Below are positions 27,247-40,633 of a stretch of DNA of 64,000 nucleotides, piece after piece. The notes beneath the pieces are model-generated. The model did no database searches, was not told where the DNA came from, and saw nothing but the letters and a program-made list of their open reading frames with translations. The DNA comes from Lytechinus pictus (Eukaryota), in NCBI RefSeq assembly GCF_037042905.1, contig NC_087245.1, positions 40,860,001 through 40,924,000 of the forward strand, read 5' to 3'. The position numbers were made by a program, and so were the translations under genes. Position 1 is the stretch's first letter. The number at the start of each line of letters is the position of its first letter.

Positions 27247-27544
27247 TGACGCCGCAAGTGCCAACTGCCAGAACCAAACGCCAGAGGACCAAAGCCGAAG
27301 CAGCAGGGTCGGAGGCAACGCCAGCAGCAGTATCCTCAGCCTGGGCAACCTTGGCAGTAGCTTCTTCTTGCGGCGAGGTCTAGATCTTCCATTCGGGATG
27401 ATGGCGAGGAGGATGAAGGGCGGTGAGGGCAAGGGGTTCGGCAGGACTGCTCACCCGGTCCAGGAGCTACGGATCAAGCTTCTGCAGGTCTTGGAGAAGA
27501 GAGGTCCTACACTTCTTGTCAGTCATGGTTGCCCATTCTCTCAG
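27247..27544 (+). CDS. dve: Cassette 1 exon C: linker plus first half of a divergent CUT-like (CUTL) domain
   Basis: Acceptor ctctctctcag|T (phase 2, AG|T=Ser); frame open through ...VQELRIKLLQVLEKRGPTLLVSHGCPFSQ; donor CAG|gtaagc (phase 0). CPFSQ aligns with the CUTL CPLSQ motif. Confidence 0.85.
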
Positions 27545-29252
27545 GTAAGCCAAGTGCTTTATTGCATTATATACATGTTTAATAGTAAATGTGGCTCCAC
27601 CTCAACACCTTTTGGCTTTTGCATCGTTTCGTCATGAGCTCACCTGCAATTATTAATGGGGTGCTCTGGGCTGAAAATGATCATGTAAAGAGTAAAATTC
27701 ACCAAGAAAAATGCTATAAATTTCATCAGATCTAATAACAAATAACTAATTTATTGAATTTCAGAGTATAGCAATACTTTGTGCAAACAGTTACATCACC
27801 ATGAATATGCAATAGGTGGGCTCTTGACGTCAGGTCTCCACTTTAATTTTGATATGTTATTTTCTGATATCATAATTATTTCATATTTTCATTCATCAGT
27901 GTGTGTGATATATCCCCCTTGTAACACAATAAGTTGCAGGAATGACTGTCTTACACAAAATCAAGTTGTCAATCCATTTTTGTTCATTTCTGGTGGCCAG
28001 AACATTATTTCATTTAATAAAATACAAAAGAATAAGTGGGGATATGACATCAGCAGCTTGCTCATTGCATATTCATGAAGACATGCACAGAACTGTTTTG
28101 CTATTCCTTGTCCGACTTCGATGAAATTCAAAGTGTTTTGTTTGTATGATTTTAATTTGTCTGTTCAAATCATATTCAGCCTGAGGTACCCCAATATAAC
28201 ACAGTTCTGTGTCGTGCCCGCATTTTTCTGTTCAATTTCTATTGATTTATTTTAAATAATCATTTCCACAACATTTGTTTGTTTCATTGGTGGTTTTTGA
28301 AAGACTTACATTCTTTTCTTTAAAGGGAACCAGCCACTTGCGGGGCACATGATTCTGAAATTTTATTTAATTTTGTTTTTCTCAGATATCGTGCTTCATT
28401 AAATTTCTCTAACAGGCCTTATTGTTAATTGAATTTCATCAAAGACAATTCATTCACATTTACAAATAGGTTTGATTTTATCCCCTTGCTAAAATGACAT
28501 TAATATTTCAAGGCCTTCTGACGAGGGGGAAAATGGGATTTGTAAACCATAAAACATTATTGATTAAACATTGTTATAAAGTAACAACAACAAACTATGT
28601 TTTTTTTATTAAATATTTGTTTGCATAATGGGGGAGCAGACAAAACAAAAAAATGTGGTTGTAAAGAAAGAATCTTGAATTATTGATAAATATTTTTACC
28701 TCTCATCTTGCATTGATTAATGGACGCATAGATCTCAGCATCATCCTTTTTCTATCTGATTTGATTGCTGCTTCATTACATTTCTTTGTCATTTTCTCTC
28801 TCCCATTTGACCTTTGTAATGGGGGTGGGGCAGGCCTGGGGTGGGGGAAGAAGTACTGTTGTATGTATTCATTGTGCACCTATGCTGTCTTTGCTGTTAT
28901 TTCTGTGTAAAGGACATATGTGCCATTTTGTGAATGGATACCCAATTCGTCTTGTTTTTCAGACTGCATTTTACAACCATCACTTCTCCATATTTAAAAA
29001 AAAAAATTTGAATAGTTTTTCATGAAGCAAATAGTCACTGATTGATGTGTAATGAGCCAATTAGATCCAAGGATTTCAATAGCTTATAACAGGGAAAATT
29101 ACTAATTATTTGTTTGATGAAATGCTTTTTGCACCTGTATATGTATTGTCAAGATCAGGATCCCTTTACAATCAATGTCAAAAGAATTGTGTGCTTCATA
29201 TGATAGATTTTTCAGATTTCAGTACATTTCATAGAATGATTTAATGATATTA

Positions 29253-29636
29253 ATACCCCTTTCATAAACCCATCCTCCAATTAGCCGCCTAAGAGTAATG
29301 CGGATAATTCAATAAAAATTGCATTCACAAACTCCGAAAGTAATCCGCACTATTTTTTACGAGCGCCCGACCTGAAAAAGGCGGATAATTGTCATGGCAA
29401 CTGTACACACCCCCTCCGATGGGGTTGTGTTGGAAAAGGGTGACCTTGTGACCGCACCATGGCAATTAACCGCATTACTTTGGAAATGCGTTCATAAAGT
29501 AAAAATCTGGTCCCGATGCCGCTATTATGCGAATAATTGGAGCATCGAAACAATGTGGATAACTCTAGTCCCGCTCCGATTTTACGACCAAATTATGCGG
29601 ATATTATCCGCATAATTGGGTTTATGAAAGGGGTAT
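29253..29636. mobile_element. MITE, inverted copy of 10474-10855
   Basis: Same TIR, and the interior is the reverse complement. Confidence 0.85.
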
Positions 29637-31000
29637 AGAGAGCAAGCAAAGAGTGGGGCAATTACCATGGAACTCGACTTATTTTGATACGCTTGCTTTG
29701 GTACACTTGGGGAAGATATGTGAGATACTGCATCTTTTAGCTCATCTGACCCGAATAGGCAGATTAGCTTAATACAGTATGCCATGACGTTATATCCGTA
29801 TCGTTGTCTGTCCATAGTCCACAATTTCAGATTCTTCTAGTTCTTCATTTATTGACAGATTTCAATTCTGTTTCCTTTATATAATCTTTATGTAATAGTG
29901 TTGGGGGTTTTAAACTTCTACAGAGTTTCAAAAGCTTGTTGTTATACTAATTTATACCCTTTCTCGAAAATGGCCCCCAAGAGCCTCCTTTATTTTCAGC
30001 AGATTTTTATTTTTTTCAATCTGATAGAGCTCCAACTTTATTATTGCAAAAATTGTTATGCTAATAACTGTTAAATTTAATTGAAAATTGCACAAAATAG
30101 TTTTGCATCTTCTCCTTTTGCTGACCAAGTATTGCTCCTGCTGTAATTTGTCAACCCATTTTGATTTCTATTTGTTACATTTTTTTTCAAGTGCTGGTAT
30201 GGGGGGGGGGTGGTTATGAATGTTTACATATTGTTACAAAAATTATTCACAAAAGCAACACTCCATACAGTATATGGAGGGTCAGTGCTTCCACTTGAAA
30301 GGAAATTTCCTGAATTCCTGGAAATCTTTATCATCTTTTGGAAATTTTCAGGAAAGAATTCCAGGAAATCTGAAAATTATTATTTACACTATAATTGAAG
30401 TTTTAAAGAAGTTACAATACTCTTATCATATCATTTTTTGCCTTTATATTATGAAGCTAAAAAAGTTCCTGCTTGCATTGTTTATGATTTTGTCTCCTTT
30501 TTTATGAAGTTCGTGAACAATTTTGGTCACTGACTTTGTTCAGACTCAAATCCATGAAATGCCACTGAATTTTTGGAAAGTTTGGATTCAGGTTTTGGGG
30601 ATTTGTTTATTTTCAATTCAATTCAAGACTTTAATCCAGACACAGCTGCATATGCAGAGGTCCATATCAACAAATAACATACATGTAATATACATCAAGA
30701 CAAACATACAAAGATAATACTGGAATAAACAAAGAACAAATAAAGCATAAACAGTCAAAAAGGAGTAAAACAAATCACACTAATAACTAGGAACAAACAA
30801 TGAATACCTAAAACAAGTGGTTAAGCAGTAAGTGAATAGTACAACAGTACAATGGAAATATTTACATATGGCAAAATGAGTTGAGCTGTGGAACACTTAC
30901 ACTGACCAAGACCGAGGTGCAGTGCACTATCAATCACGATTGATATCACGGGGCAGGCGTTTTGCAAGCGTATTTCTACTGCTTCGCTGCTTGCATATTT

Positions 31001-31555
31001 ATATAATATTGACTGGTCTTGAGGGGAACATCAAATATATTGCCAGCAAAAGAATCATATTGGCCCGAGTCTTTAGACGAGGGCAATATGGGTCTTTTAA
31101 GGGCAATATATTTGATATTCCCCGAAAGAAGGGCAGTCAATATTTTTATTATCATCCAAATCAGATATCTAGAGCAAAAATCATGATAACAGTGATATCT
31201 TTTAAGAATAGAGTTCTGTTGTGTCATGATAATATCAGTGTCTAGGCTCTGCACTTTACCATTATGACGTACTTGCAAGCGCCCAGATCCAGCGTTGTCT
31301 TTATTATGACGTAGATCGTTGGTGCGCGGAACATTATGAAGCGTATCACTTCATTCGCATCCTCAAAGGCCCGGATGTGAGACCAGGGAAAATACAAAGG
31401 TATATTTTGCGTCGTCTCTGCATGCAAAGTCAATACGCGCATTGAGACCGAAGAAAATACAAACAATATACCTATCCCTTCCTGATAATAATAAAATACA
31501 GGGCAATACGGTTTTGTAAATGACCAGCTCAGATGTCTGATACGGGTGATAATTA
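31001..31555. mobile_element. Interspersed repeat / non-autonomous DNA element
   Basis: The first ~270 nt match the reverse complement of 56843-57115. Confidence 0.7.
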
Positions 31556-31660
31556 TCAATATTTTGTGTCCACAAGTTAGGTAGACTTTTTAATTGCATC
31601 AGTTTGTATCGATAAATGCTTCTGACTTCAGGTAAGCATTACCTGCCCTCTGGTGTATAT

Positions 31661-31949
31661 TGGTGGATCGTTGTGGCCCAGTGGATTAGTCTTCTGACTT
31701 TGAAACGGAGGGGCGTGGGTTCGAATCCCAGCCATGGCGTAATTTCCTTCAGCAAGAAATTTATCTATATTGTGCTGCACTCAACCCAGGTGAGGTGAAT
31801 GGGTACCCGGCAGGATTAATTCCTTGACTGCACTGAGCGCTGAAAGGCAGCTCGAGCTAAAGCCGGGGTAATAATAATAATAAACAATGCGCCTCGGAAT
31901 TGAATATTTCTAGATAGATGGCGCTATATAAATGCCTATTATTATTATA
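31661..31949 (+). mobile_element. Full-length tRNA-derived SINE
   Basis: A box tggcccagtgg, B box ggttcgaatcc, shared core, (tta)n tail. Confidence 0.9.
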
Positions 31950-33476
31950 TTTAAGCTTGAATAGGACTACCCCCCCTTTTTTTTATAGCTCGTTCACCCC
32001 AAATGGTCAAACGAGATGAAACCATGATGTTGGTTTGTCCTCCGTTGTCCGTTTCCTGACCTTTATTAACAATTTCAAATGCTTGTACTTCAATTGATTT
32101 CAATTCCGTTTGCATTATGTAATAGCTCTAGACGGGTAATTTTGAATATATATAAAACTGGTTCTTCTTTATAATTTGGTTTCTACGGGAGCTCCATGAA
32201 CTTTTGTGCAGAATTGTAAAATATTTACAAAAAATTTTTTTTTGGGGGGTGTAATTAATGCAGCATGTATTTGAATATTTCACAAACTATTAGTTTATTC
32301 ATTTGTTAGCCAATATCCATTTAATTTCTATTTTCATTTGGAATTTTTCTATAAGGTACACAATAGTTATACTTCAATCTATGAAATTTAGTTGCAACAT
32401 GTATATTAGGTGCTTATACACATTTGAAAATTACCAAAAAAACTTATTTTATTTTTCAACAAAGTGTATATACATGTATTTTGTTTGTTTTGCCTGGAGA
32501 ATGCTATGAAATGAGCAAGCTTGTACACAAAGTTGAAAACTTGTGAACATTACTTGTGGTATTTCATGTGAGATCTATTTTAAAAATTTGCACACAATAT
32601 ATTATGCAAGTCTCCACATTAACTTTTATTGGTGGTGGCCCATATTATATCTTCATATAATATTTTTGGTGGCTTGATATTAAACTTTGGTGGCCTGAAA
32701 AATGTTTAAAAAACATTAAAAATGAATAAAGCAAACTTCTAAAATATTAATTCTGCAGCCACGACCACTATTTTTGACATGTACTTTCACTTTATGTATC
32801 TTGTATGTACAATGTAAACCTTGTTTGCTGTTATTATTTTTTGCAAATTGATTTGTGGTAATATAATTTGTTTTATCATTGTAAATATGAAATGATTGAA
32901 AGAGAATAAATGAATTGTATTGTTCCCAGGTTGTGTGGACTTTTTTCTTTGATCTACACATAATATAGACACACATTCATATTGGTAAAGTAAATGAATT
33001 ATGCATAACAAACTCAGATACAAAACAATAATTATCCCTTTCTTCCTCTTTGAATCCCAAAACCTAGAGTATGCAGACCCCAAATCAAGTTTATTTTTGT
33101 TTTCTCTGCCTTGCAGCATATTATAGCAGGAGTAAAAAATTCTGGTGGCCCTGGGCCGGCAGTGTGGCCCGCTGATGTCGAGCCTTGCAATATGTCTTCT
33201 CTTACATTTGTCAACAATTTTTCTTTGTTTTAATTACATTATACGAGGTCATTGTCTCATTGAAATTTATTACTCTACTTGATTTTTTAATCAGCATTTC
33301 CTCAAAATATTGCATACAGAATTTTTTGTACACTGTACATTACAACACTGTTGCCTCATCGACTGACTTTAATCCAGGTTTTGCAGTACATTTGATATTT
33401 TTAGTTGTCTCTGAATAAAATTTGATGTATCAATGATCAGAACTCTTATTCTTTTTTTTAAATTTGTCTTCTGCAG

Positions 33477-34985
33477 GTGACTGTATCGCAGATCTTGCAG
33501 GGCAAGTACAACAAACCTGTCAGCATTGAAAAGATCCAAGCCTTCTACCAGTGGTACAACATCTACAATGGCCTTACGGACAACACCCTCTTACCCCCGG
33601 AAAAGGTTGACAGTTCATCGTTACCACGCATCAGCTCGAAGCACTGGAGGCGGCCTAGGACACTCTTCAACCCCCGCACAGAGCTCCCGCGCCTCCTGCG
33701 GTGGTATCGACAGAACCCGAGACCGACCAGGGCGGAGATGGAGGTCTACCTGGCCGAGTTGAATGGCTCCGACTTCCGACGCAACGGAACCCCACTTCAG
33801 TACTCTTCTATCATGATCTGGTTTAAGAATGCCAGGGTGAAGTACAGGCATCTACTGCGCTCAAGTGCCATCGCCCAGATGAGAGAGGACATTGGGTATA
33901 CCAAGAGTTCAAGAGACTTGGTGATTGATGAGGACGACAAGAACAGTGATGACGGAGAAAGCGATATGGTGGTAGAAGAGAAGGAGATGGAGGAGCAAGT
34001 GGTGGAGGAAGAGGAGGAGGAGGATAAGAAAAAGACAGAGACTTTGGAATCATCATCTTCAAAGAGCCCGGTTAGAAGTTCTGCGAAGAGCCCTTCGCGT
34101 AGTCCAGGAAAAAGTCCTGCAAGAATTCTGCATTTGAAAGAAGAACCCATAACAGAAGGAGAGAACTCTGTTGGCAATGAAAACCATGCCGTATCGATGG
34201 CGACGTCTTTAGCGAAACCAACCATTTTACCTTCACTTTTACACATGCAAGCACGACCGCATCTCCAGCCTGTCAGTATCGTTAGTAATGGTTTGATTGT
34301 GCCAAGCAGGTTAAGTAACGGAGCTCATCAAGCAGAGACAGCGCTTCATGTGCCAGACATCCGGAAAATTGCCTCTGGGTTTGGGATATCATTAACCCCC
34401 GAGTTGGCAGCAGCCGCCCATGCCATGCCTATCCATGGTCTCGCCCACCCCCATTTCTTGCATGCGCTTGACGCGGTGCACAAGGATCATCCTTCCATTA
34501 GATTAGAGTATCAAAACAGTAGCCCCCTCTCCGTGCCTAAGCCCAACCCAGTACCCCTAACCACCCCTTCTGCCTCTCAGAGACGGACACCCACGCCCCA
34601 GTCATTCAAACCCGAGCCAGTATCCCCCAAATCCGAAAAATCACCTCAAACCAACACCTCTCAGTCCGCTACAAGTCCGGCAACCAGGGTACCCCGGAAA
34701 CGCTTTACTATCGATCCTACCTTTGAAGTGCCAAAGCTGCAGTCGTGGTTCGCCATCGACCCCAGGCCCGACCGGCTGACCATCGAGAGATACGTACAGG
34801 AACTGAACTCGAGCGAATGGAGACGGCACCAGCCCAAGTATAACAATCGTGTGGTGTACGTCTGGTTTAAGAATGCGCGTGCCAAATACTCTAAGATGCA
34901 GATGACCCCTCCCGGAGGTGATCCCGACATGGAGCGAAGACACCATGAACTGATGAGAATGCATCAGGAAGCTCAGATGTCATGA
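33477..34985 (+). CDS. dve: Cassette 1 terminal exon D: second half of CUTL, two atypical K50 homeodomains (~33648-33848 and ~34695-34895), acidic and Ser/Pro-rich linker
   Basis: Acceptor ttctgcag|GTG (phase 0); 502-codon ORF ending TGA 34983-34985. VTVSQILQGKYNKPVSIEKIQAFYQWY matches the CUTL C-half. Two homeodomains (RRPRTLF...IWFKNAR and RKRFTID...VWFKNAR) have an extended helix 2-3 loop, as in Dve/Compass proteins. Confidence 0.95.
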   Translation: MTVSQILQGKYNKPVSIEKIQAFYQWYNIYNGLTDNTLLPPEKVDSSSLPRISSKHWRRPRTLFNPRTELPRLLRWYRQNPRPTRAEMEVYLAELNGSDFRRNGTPLQYSSIMIWFKNARVKYRHLLRSSAIAQMREDIGYTKSSRDLVIDEDDKNSDDGESDMVVEEKEMEEQVVEEEEEEDKKKTETLESSSSKSPVRSSAKSPSRSPGKSPARILHLKEEPITEGENSVGNENHAVSMATSLAKPTILPSLLHMQARPHLQPVSIVSNGLIVPSRLSNGAHQAETALHVPDIRKIASGFGISLTPELAAAAHAMPIHGLAHPHFLHALDAVHKDHPSIRLEYQNSSPLSVPKPNPVPLTTPSASQRRTPTPQSFKPEPVSPKSEKSPQTNTSQSATSPATRVPRKRFTIDPTFEVPKLQSWFAIDPRPDRLTIERYVQELNSSEWRRHQPKYNNRVVYVWFKNARAKYSKMQMTPPGGDPDMERRHHELMRMHQEAQMS

Positions 34986-35104
34986 AAAAGACTGCGATGA
35001 TACACTCCGAATCTTCAACGGGGTGTTCAATGCCTTTCGCACTATTAAAATTCTTTATTTTCTGTTGAAAACAGAAAGTTGATGCATTTGGTTATGATGT
35101 ACTT

Positions 35105-35267
35105 CTGGGGAGCGTTTCATCAACATTTTTGTCCAACAAGTAGTCAGATCTGACAACTTTTCTTGATTATGATTGGCTGAGAAGCACTGTTACTATGGTA
35201 ACTGTCGGATAAAATGGGACTTGTCAGATAAAACGTCCGACAAGTTCTTTCATGAAACGCTCCCCAG
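35105..35267. mobile_element. MITE in the cassette 1 3' UTR
   Basis: TIR ctggggagcgtttcat / atgaaacgctccccag; a half copy lies at 57471-57556. Confidence 0.85.
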
Positions 35268-35804
35268 AAGTTGTGCTCTTAGCTGTGAGGAAGAATGAAA
35301 CAAAAATATTTCCTTTTTGTTTTTGTTTAAAATTCATCAGTGGTTCTGACTAGTCACTCTTTGTAAGTTATTTAGTTATTTTGTTGTAGAAAAGCAGTAC
35401 AATTTTACTATTTTTCCTCATTTTTTATGTCTTTACATAACTGGCACCTTCTTTCTTACAATTCATAGTGAATACAAGTGAATGGCACTCTAAAGAAAAC
35501 TGTATTTTATGTGTACCTCAATCTTAAATCTCTAAGTATGCACATTGCATGCTCTCATTTCTATTGTTTTACTTTCATTTTTATCTTCTGTTACAAATCA
35601 CAGAATATTGGTCAGATTTACCAAGTGACTTTGTAGCTTCATGTCGAACATATTTCCAATGAATTATGTGATACTTGTATGTTTTATTGAATTAAACTGA
35701 AATTAATAGTTATCTTTAAATTGTCAATCAAAATTAAGTAATGAAATTGATACAACCTTTTTTGTTGTTGCCTGTTGGAGAATATTTCTCATCATTGTTT
35801 GTTC

Positions 35805-35810
35805 AATAAA
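35805..35810 (+). terminator. Candidate polyadenylation signal for cassette 1
   Basis: AATAAA about 820 nt after the exon D stop, in an AT-rich 3' UTR. Other AATAAA/ATTAAA hexamers lie nearby, so the site used is uncertain. Confidence 0.3.
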
Positions 35811-36405
35811 AGATGGAAATTTTAACTATTATGGGAAAGTTTTTAAGAAAATAAACAACTCATCTATGTTGATAAGTTATACAAAAAGCTGTAAATGTAT
35901 ATAAGAAATAAATTTAGCATGTTTTCCTGATTTTTTAGGCGGGGTCATTCAAAACAAGAAATAAGATTCAAATCTGATCAAAAAATACTTTTTTAAATTT
36001 GTAGCTATGAATATTCACTAAAATATTCACTGAATACTGCAGTGCCTGAACGGGACAGCATGGCTGGGATTGTAAAATATGCTAGTAAGTTTCAAAGGAC
36101 ATGTTTTAAAAGAGGGGGGGTACCCTCATTATTTTTATGATGTGCTATACATTGAAAAGATACAAGTACATGTACATCTTTTTTTCTACTGTTCAGCTTA
36201 CTTAAACACACTGAATATTTTGCACACAGTACGTCTGTACGCCAGCAACGTAGCACTCTGTTAGCTAAAAACTGTTTTAGAATTTAGATGAACTTGATGT
36301 ATTAGTGCCTTTGTGCTTTTATAGCAATGTAATTTATTCATCACTCTGTCCGACTAACTCAGTTGATCACTTTGTAGCACTCTGCTGGTCAACTTTATTT
36401 TTAGG

Positions 36406-36829
36406 CAGGGTGCTACATAAGCACTTGCCCGATTGCCCGGGGCAAGTAAAAGTTAGAGTCGGGCAAGTGTTTTGAAGTAAAGACCAAAACTACTTGCCCG
36501 AATTGGGCAAGCAAAATTCACAAAGTAGAAAGCAAAATTCTCCCAGGAGAATGACCATAATTAGGGTCGATATGATATTGACCCTAATTTGGGTCATGGT
36601 AGGCAGGATAAAATCACTTTGGAAAAAGAAATGCAACAGATCAGTTCATGTCAAAAGAAAAAGGTAAATGGTTTATAAAACCGCAAAACTTTCTTTTGAA
36701 GAGGTAAAACTTTTTTTTCAAGGATTTTTTCGGGCAAGTGAAAATTATTTTGGGCAAGTATATTCCAACTATTTAAAGATTTACTTGCCCGACCGGGCAA
36801 GCGCTTCTAAAAAGTTATGTAGCACCCTG
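36406..36829. mobile_element. hAT-like MITE
   Basis: TIR cagggtgctacataa / ttatgtagcaccctg; 8-bp TSD TTTTTAGG on both sides; internal acttgcccg / cgggcaagt motifs. Confidence 0.9.
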
Positions 36830-37352
36830 TTTTTAGGTAAACTTCATGTAGGACCCATTTTTAGTAGATCCCGATGTATTAAAGTTTACATCCTTTTTCA
36901 TCAATCACTATGCCTGACAATTCACCTTTTATCATTAAAAAAAAGAATAGAGACCCTAGATTTCTATACTGTTGATCATATGCAAAAATTATAATCATTC
37001 CTGTGGACTATTGTGGGCTAATTGGACAAGGGATGAAAAACAAATGTTATGAAGAGTTAAAAAGCTAAATCTACCTACGGAATATTGCCAGAGTATTCAA
37101 TATCAAAAACAAAGAAGTCTAATGTGTGATTGTGATTGAAATATATTGATTGGAGTCAATTGATAATGAAATACGGGAATGGGAAAATTGGAAAAGCAGA
37201 TTTAGGTACTGTGGGTCAAATATCGTCACTGCAGATCTCTGTGCGAACAATTTCGGATTTTAAATATAAATTTGTTAGTATTCCCCATCCATTATTTCAT
37301 CTAACTTGCACAAAAATGCTGCTATGATGGTTTTCTATCTGATAAACTTCTT

Positions 37353-37674
37353 GGTCTGTATTCTGAACTCGGGTTTAAATGAAACCCTGGTTTAAAGTTG
37401 TGGTTGAACTATGGAGAGCCAATTGGGGCACAAATCTCTTAACAAGTACACATTCAGTGTATTAACTCATTTGACACTTAAAACATTCAGAAGCGTCTGG
37501 GAATGATAACTGAAGTATTTTGAAGTATCTTTCTTTATTATGAAAGCAAAAGGAAAAAAATAGTGAACATGAGAAATATACAATGTAAACAGAAATTTTG
37601 AATTTTTGGCTCCCATAATTTTAGCACAGAGTTAGAATGTGGTCTAAGTTAAACATGACTTCTGAATATGGGCC
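37353..37674. mobile_element. MITE
   Basis: Imperfect TIR ggtctgtattctgaactcgggtttaa / ttaaacatgacttctgaatatgggcc. Confidence 0.6.
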
Positions 37675-39872
37675 CTTGTGTTTACAGTCTACCTTTCTCA
37701 TTCATTTAATACTGTGACACATACTGTATATCACTCAGAAGTGACAAATTCAAGATGATGAAATACGATAAACAAGAATAATAGGTGATTTTGTTAATAA
37801 TGCTGAAAATAATTATGCAATCAAATGTTCAATTCAAAATCTGATTATTTCATATGCTAGATTTCAGGTTATAAAACAAACTATTTTATTGATCTGATTT
37901 TGAAAAATACAAAGTGAAACAGTGAGTGATAGGCGAAAAGCAAGGAAGTGGGAAAATCTCAATTTCATTCAAGGCAGATTAATATTTTTTGGTTTATTTC
38001 ATGAACCATGTCAGAAGTTTAAGCACGTTTCTCCATCAAAGTGGAGGAATGAGTAAGAGTTTAATTTGCATGTGTTTTCCAGTTACAAGAGGGTATTCTT
38101 GATTCAGCTAATTAGGGTAAAAGTTAATGCTCTTCATTTCCTCCCTGCAAAAACAAGATAAAGCAAAAGATGTGTCTTGCTAAGGAGATGGATCAGAGCC
38201 GCGTTCATTAGCGTACTTAAGGGGTGCGTGGTAGAGTAAGGTTGCGTCATTGCGGCTCAGTAGAAACAAACAGATTCTCTTTATTTTTCCGAATGAAATG
38301 AAGCAGATTGCTCAGAGATTGAAGAAGATCAGAAGGACTTCCTGTTGTGTCTTTATCCAGACTTTGAAACAGAACTCATGCAAGGAGGAAGTGGGGGCTT
38401 AGGGAGCAAAATGGGGTCTTTCGGAACAAAACCAAGAGAAAAGGAACTTTTCAAGCATTCTCTTGTCGTTTATCACCTTGATTAAGCATCAAGGAAATCA
38501 TTTCAATTTTTGTTTGTGCATTGTGATTAACCCCTTCGCTGCTGTTTCAGCAAAGCAACGTGACCTTAGCAGCTGCTGGCTATCAATCCGAACTGAAAAC
38601 GAAAGATTACACATACTATCTTTCACTTGGATCATTGCACGGTCATTATCATTTCACCTTTCTCTTAACGACGATGCAAAGTTTGTTTTTTGAAGATTTT
38701 AGCAAAATCCCTCCCATCCTTGAAAAGTGAATTTAAAAATAGGAAGTGTTTGAAATTAATCCCTTGTCTGGCTGGAGGATAGAAGGGATATACAAAACGA
38801 TGAATGGAGAATGATAAATGAACGGACTGTTAAGCTTGCTAATTCCTTCATGAAGCTATATATGGCTCTTCAAATCAACATGGCCTTGTTTTTAAAGTTA
38901 AATTTTCTTCAAAAAGAAAGAAAAAGCACTCCAGGAATTCTTTTCGATAACATTCTAAAATTTGACTTACAGATTAGTTTTTTTTTATTTTATATATATT
39001 TTGTAATGTGAACATGAGAAAAAAGTTGTAAGTCAAGTTTAGCTTTTCTCCTCTCTTAAACTACAAGTTTAATCTTTTTGATAGGTTGAGATTATTATCT
39101 TTTTAAAATAAAATCTTTATCTCAACAAAGCCCAATAGAAAATAAATACACTGCACTCCATACTATATGCTAATGCATTAACAGTCTCTTCCAGTACTTG
39201 GGGTGGACAGAATTATAGAATAAAAAATAATACTTTAAAGTTTGCAGAATGTTGAGTTTCGGTGAACATCAAACGCTGCATGTGTGCAACTGGAGAAGTT
39301 GGTTAGCCCCCCACCCTCCTCCCCCCTTACCCCTCCCCATTTCCATCTCTTTGATTGATTGGAGGAGTGAACTTTCTGATCAATCGATTCAGATATTAGA
39401 ATGAATTGCTTCCCATTCAAGAGTTTGTTGTTGGACATATTATTATTTAAGTGCATCAAGAATGGCCTCTTTCTTGCAATGAACATCTTTTCCTACTTCT
39501 TTGTTTCTTTCCATTTCATTTGTAGTGCTAACTGTGAGGTTTTGTGTTGCTTTTCTTCATTCATTCCTTTGCAAATGTATTGTCCCCCCGCCCTATCTCT
39601 CTTGATATATTTCCCAACATATTGTCATGATGGATATGACCTATATATCTCGAGTGAGTGAAACACATTTATGTGCAGTAGAATTTTAAAAAGAAGGCAT
39701 GAAACAATTATGGCTAATTTGAGAAATCATTTGTGGCTACTCTCTTATGTAAGATGGGGCCAGATCATGCACATCAGGGGGTATGGACTGTTCGGGAGTT
39801 TACCAATCAGAGTATTAAATACAGTTTACATGGTGCTAATGCCTAAATTTTTAGTCTAACTTTAGTGAAAAC

Positions 39873-40633
39873 GGGGCCGTTTCATAAAGCTGTTCGTAAA
39901 TTAAGAGCGACTTTAAAGGACAAGTCCACCCCAACAAAAAGTTTATTTGAATAAAAAGGGAAAAATCCAACAGGCATAACACTGAACATTTCATCAAAAT
40001 CGGATGTAAAATAAGTTATGACATTTTAAAGTTTCGCTTAATTTCACAAAATAGTTACATGCACATCCTGGTCAGTATGCAAATGAGGAGACTGATGATG
40101 TCATCCACTCGCCATTTTGTATTTTATTATATGAAATATTCTCATTTTCTCATTATCAAGTGAAACAACGATTGATTCCTCCTGAACATGTGGAATTAGC
40201 AATGTTTAATAATATATGGTTCAGTCAAGTTGGTCCTTTTTGTCAAATCTGTAAAAAATGAAATATTGTATAATTCAAACAATAAAAAACAAAAGAAATA
40301 GTGAGTGAGGGACATCATCAACTTTCTCATTTGAGTTGTGCATATCACTGTTCTGTGAAAAATAATTGTAACTTTAAAATGTCATAACTTTCTTATTTTA
40401 CATCCAATTTTGATGAAATTTTCAGTGTTATGCTAGTTTGATTTTCCTCTATTTATTCAAATCAACATTTTCCTGGGGTGGACTTGACCTTTAAGAACGA
40501 ATGGTGATCCTTTCTTACGTGCTAAACCATCGCCAATGAAAATTGTGGTATATACTATTTACCACATGAAGTGATCACCAGTCGTTCTTAAAGTCGTTCT
40601 TAACTTACGAACAGCATTATGAAACACCCACCA
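39873..40633. mobile_element. Short MITE interrupted by a Kolobok/T2-like MITE (39917-40490) at a duplicated TTAA
   Basis: Empty copies read gcgactTTAAgaacga. Here the sequence reads gcgactTTAA|AGG...CCT|TTAAgaacga. Confidence 0.9.

Noticed and set aside
31603..31631. Possible 29-nt micro-exon ending in CAG|gtaagc
   Set aside because: It would shift the frame between exons C and D and has a weak acceptor.
33477..33479. GTG as the start codon of a stand-alone 502-aa gene
   Set aside because: It directly follows a strong splice acceptor and begins in the middle of the CUTL domain.
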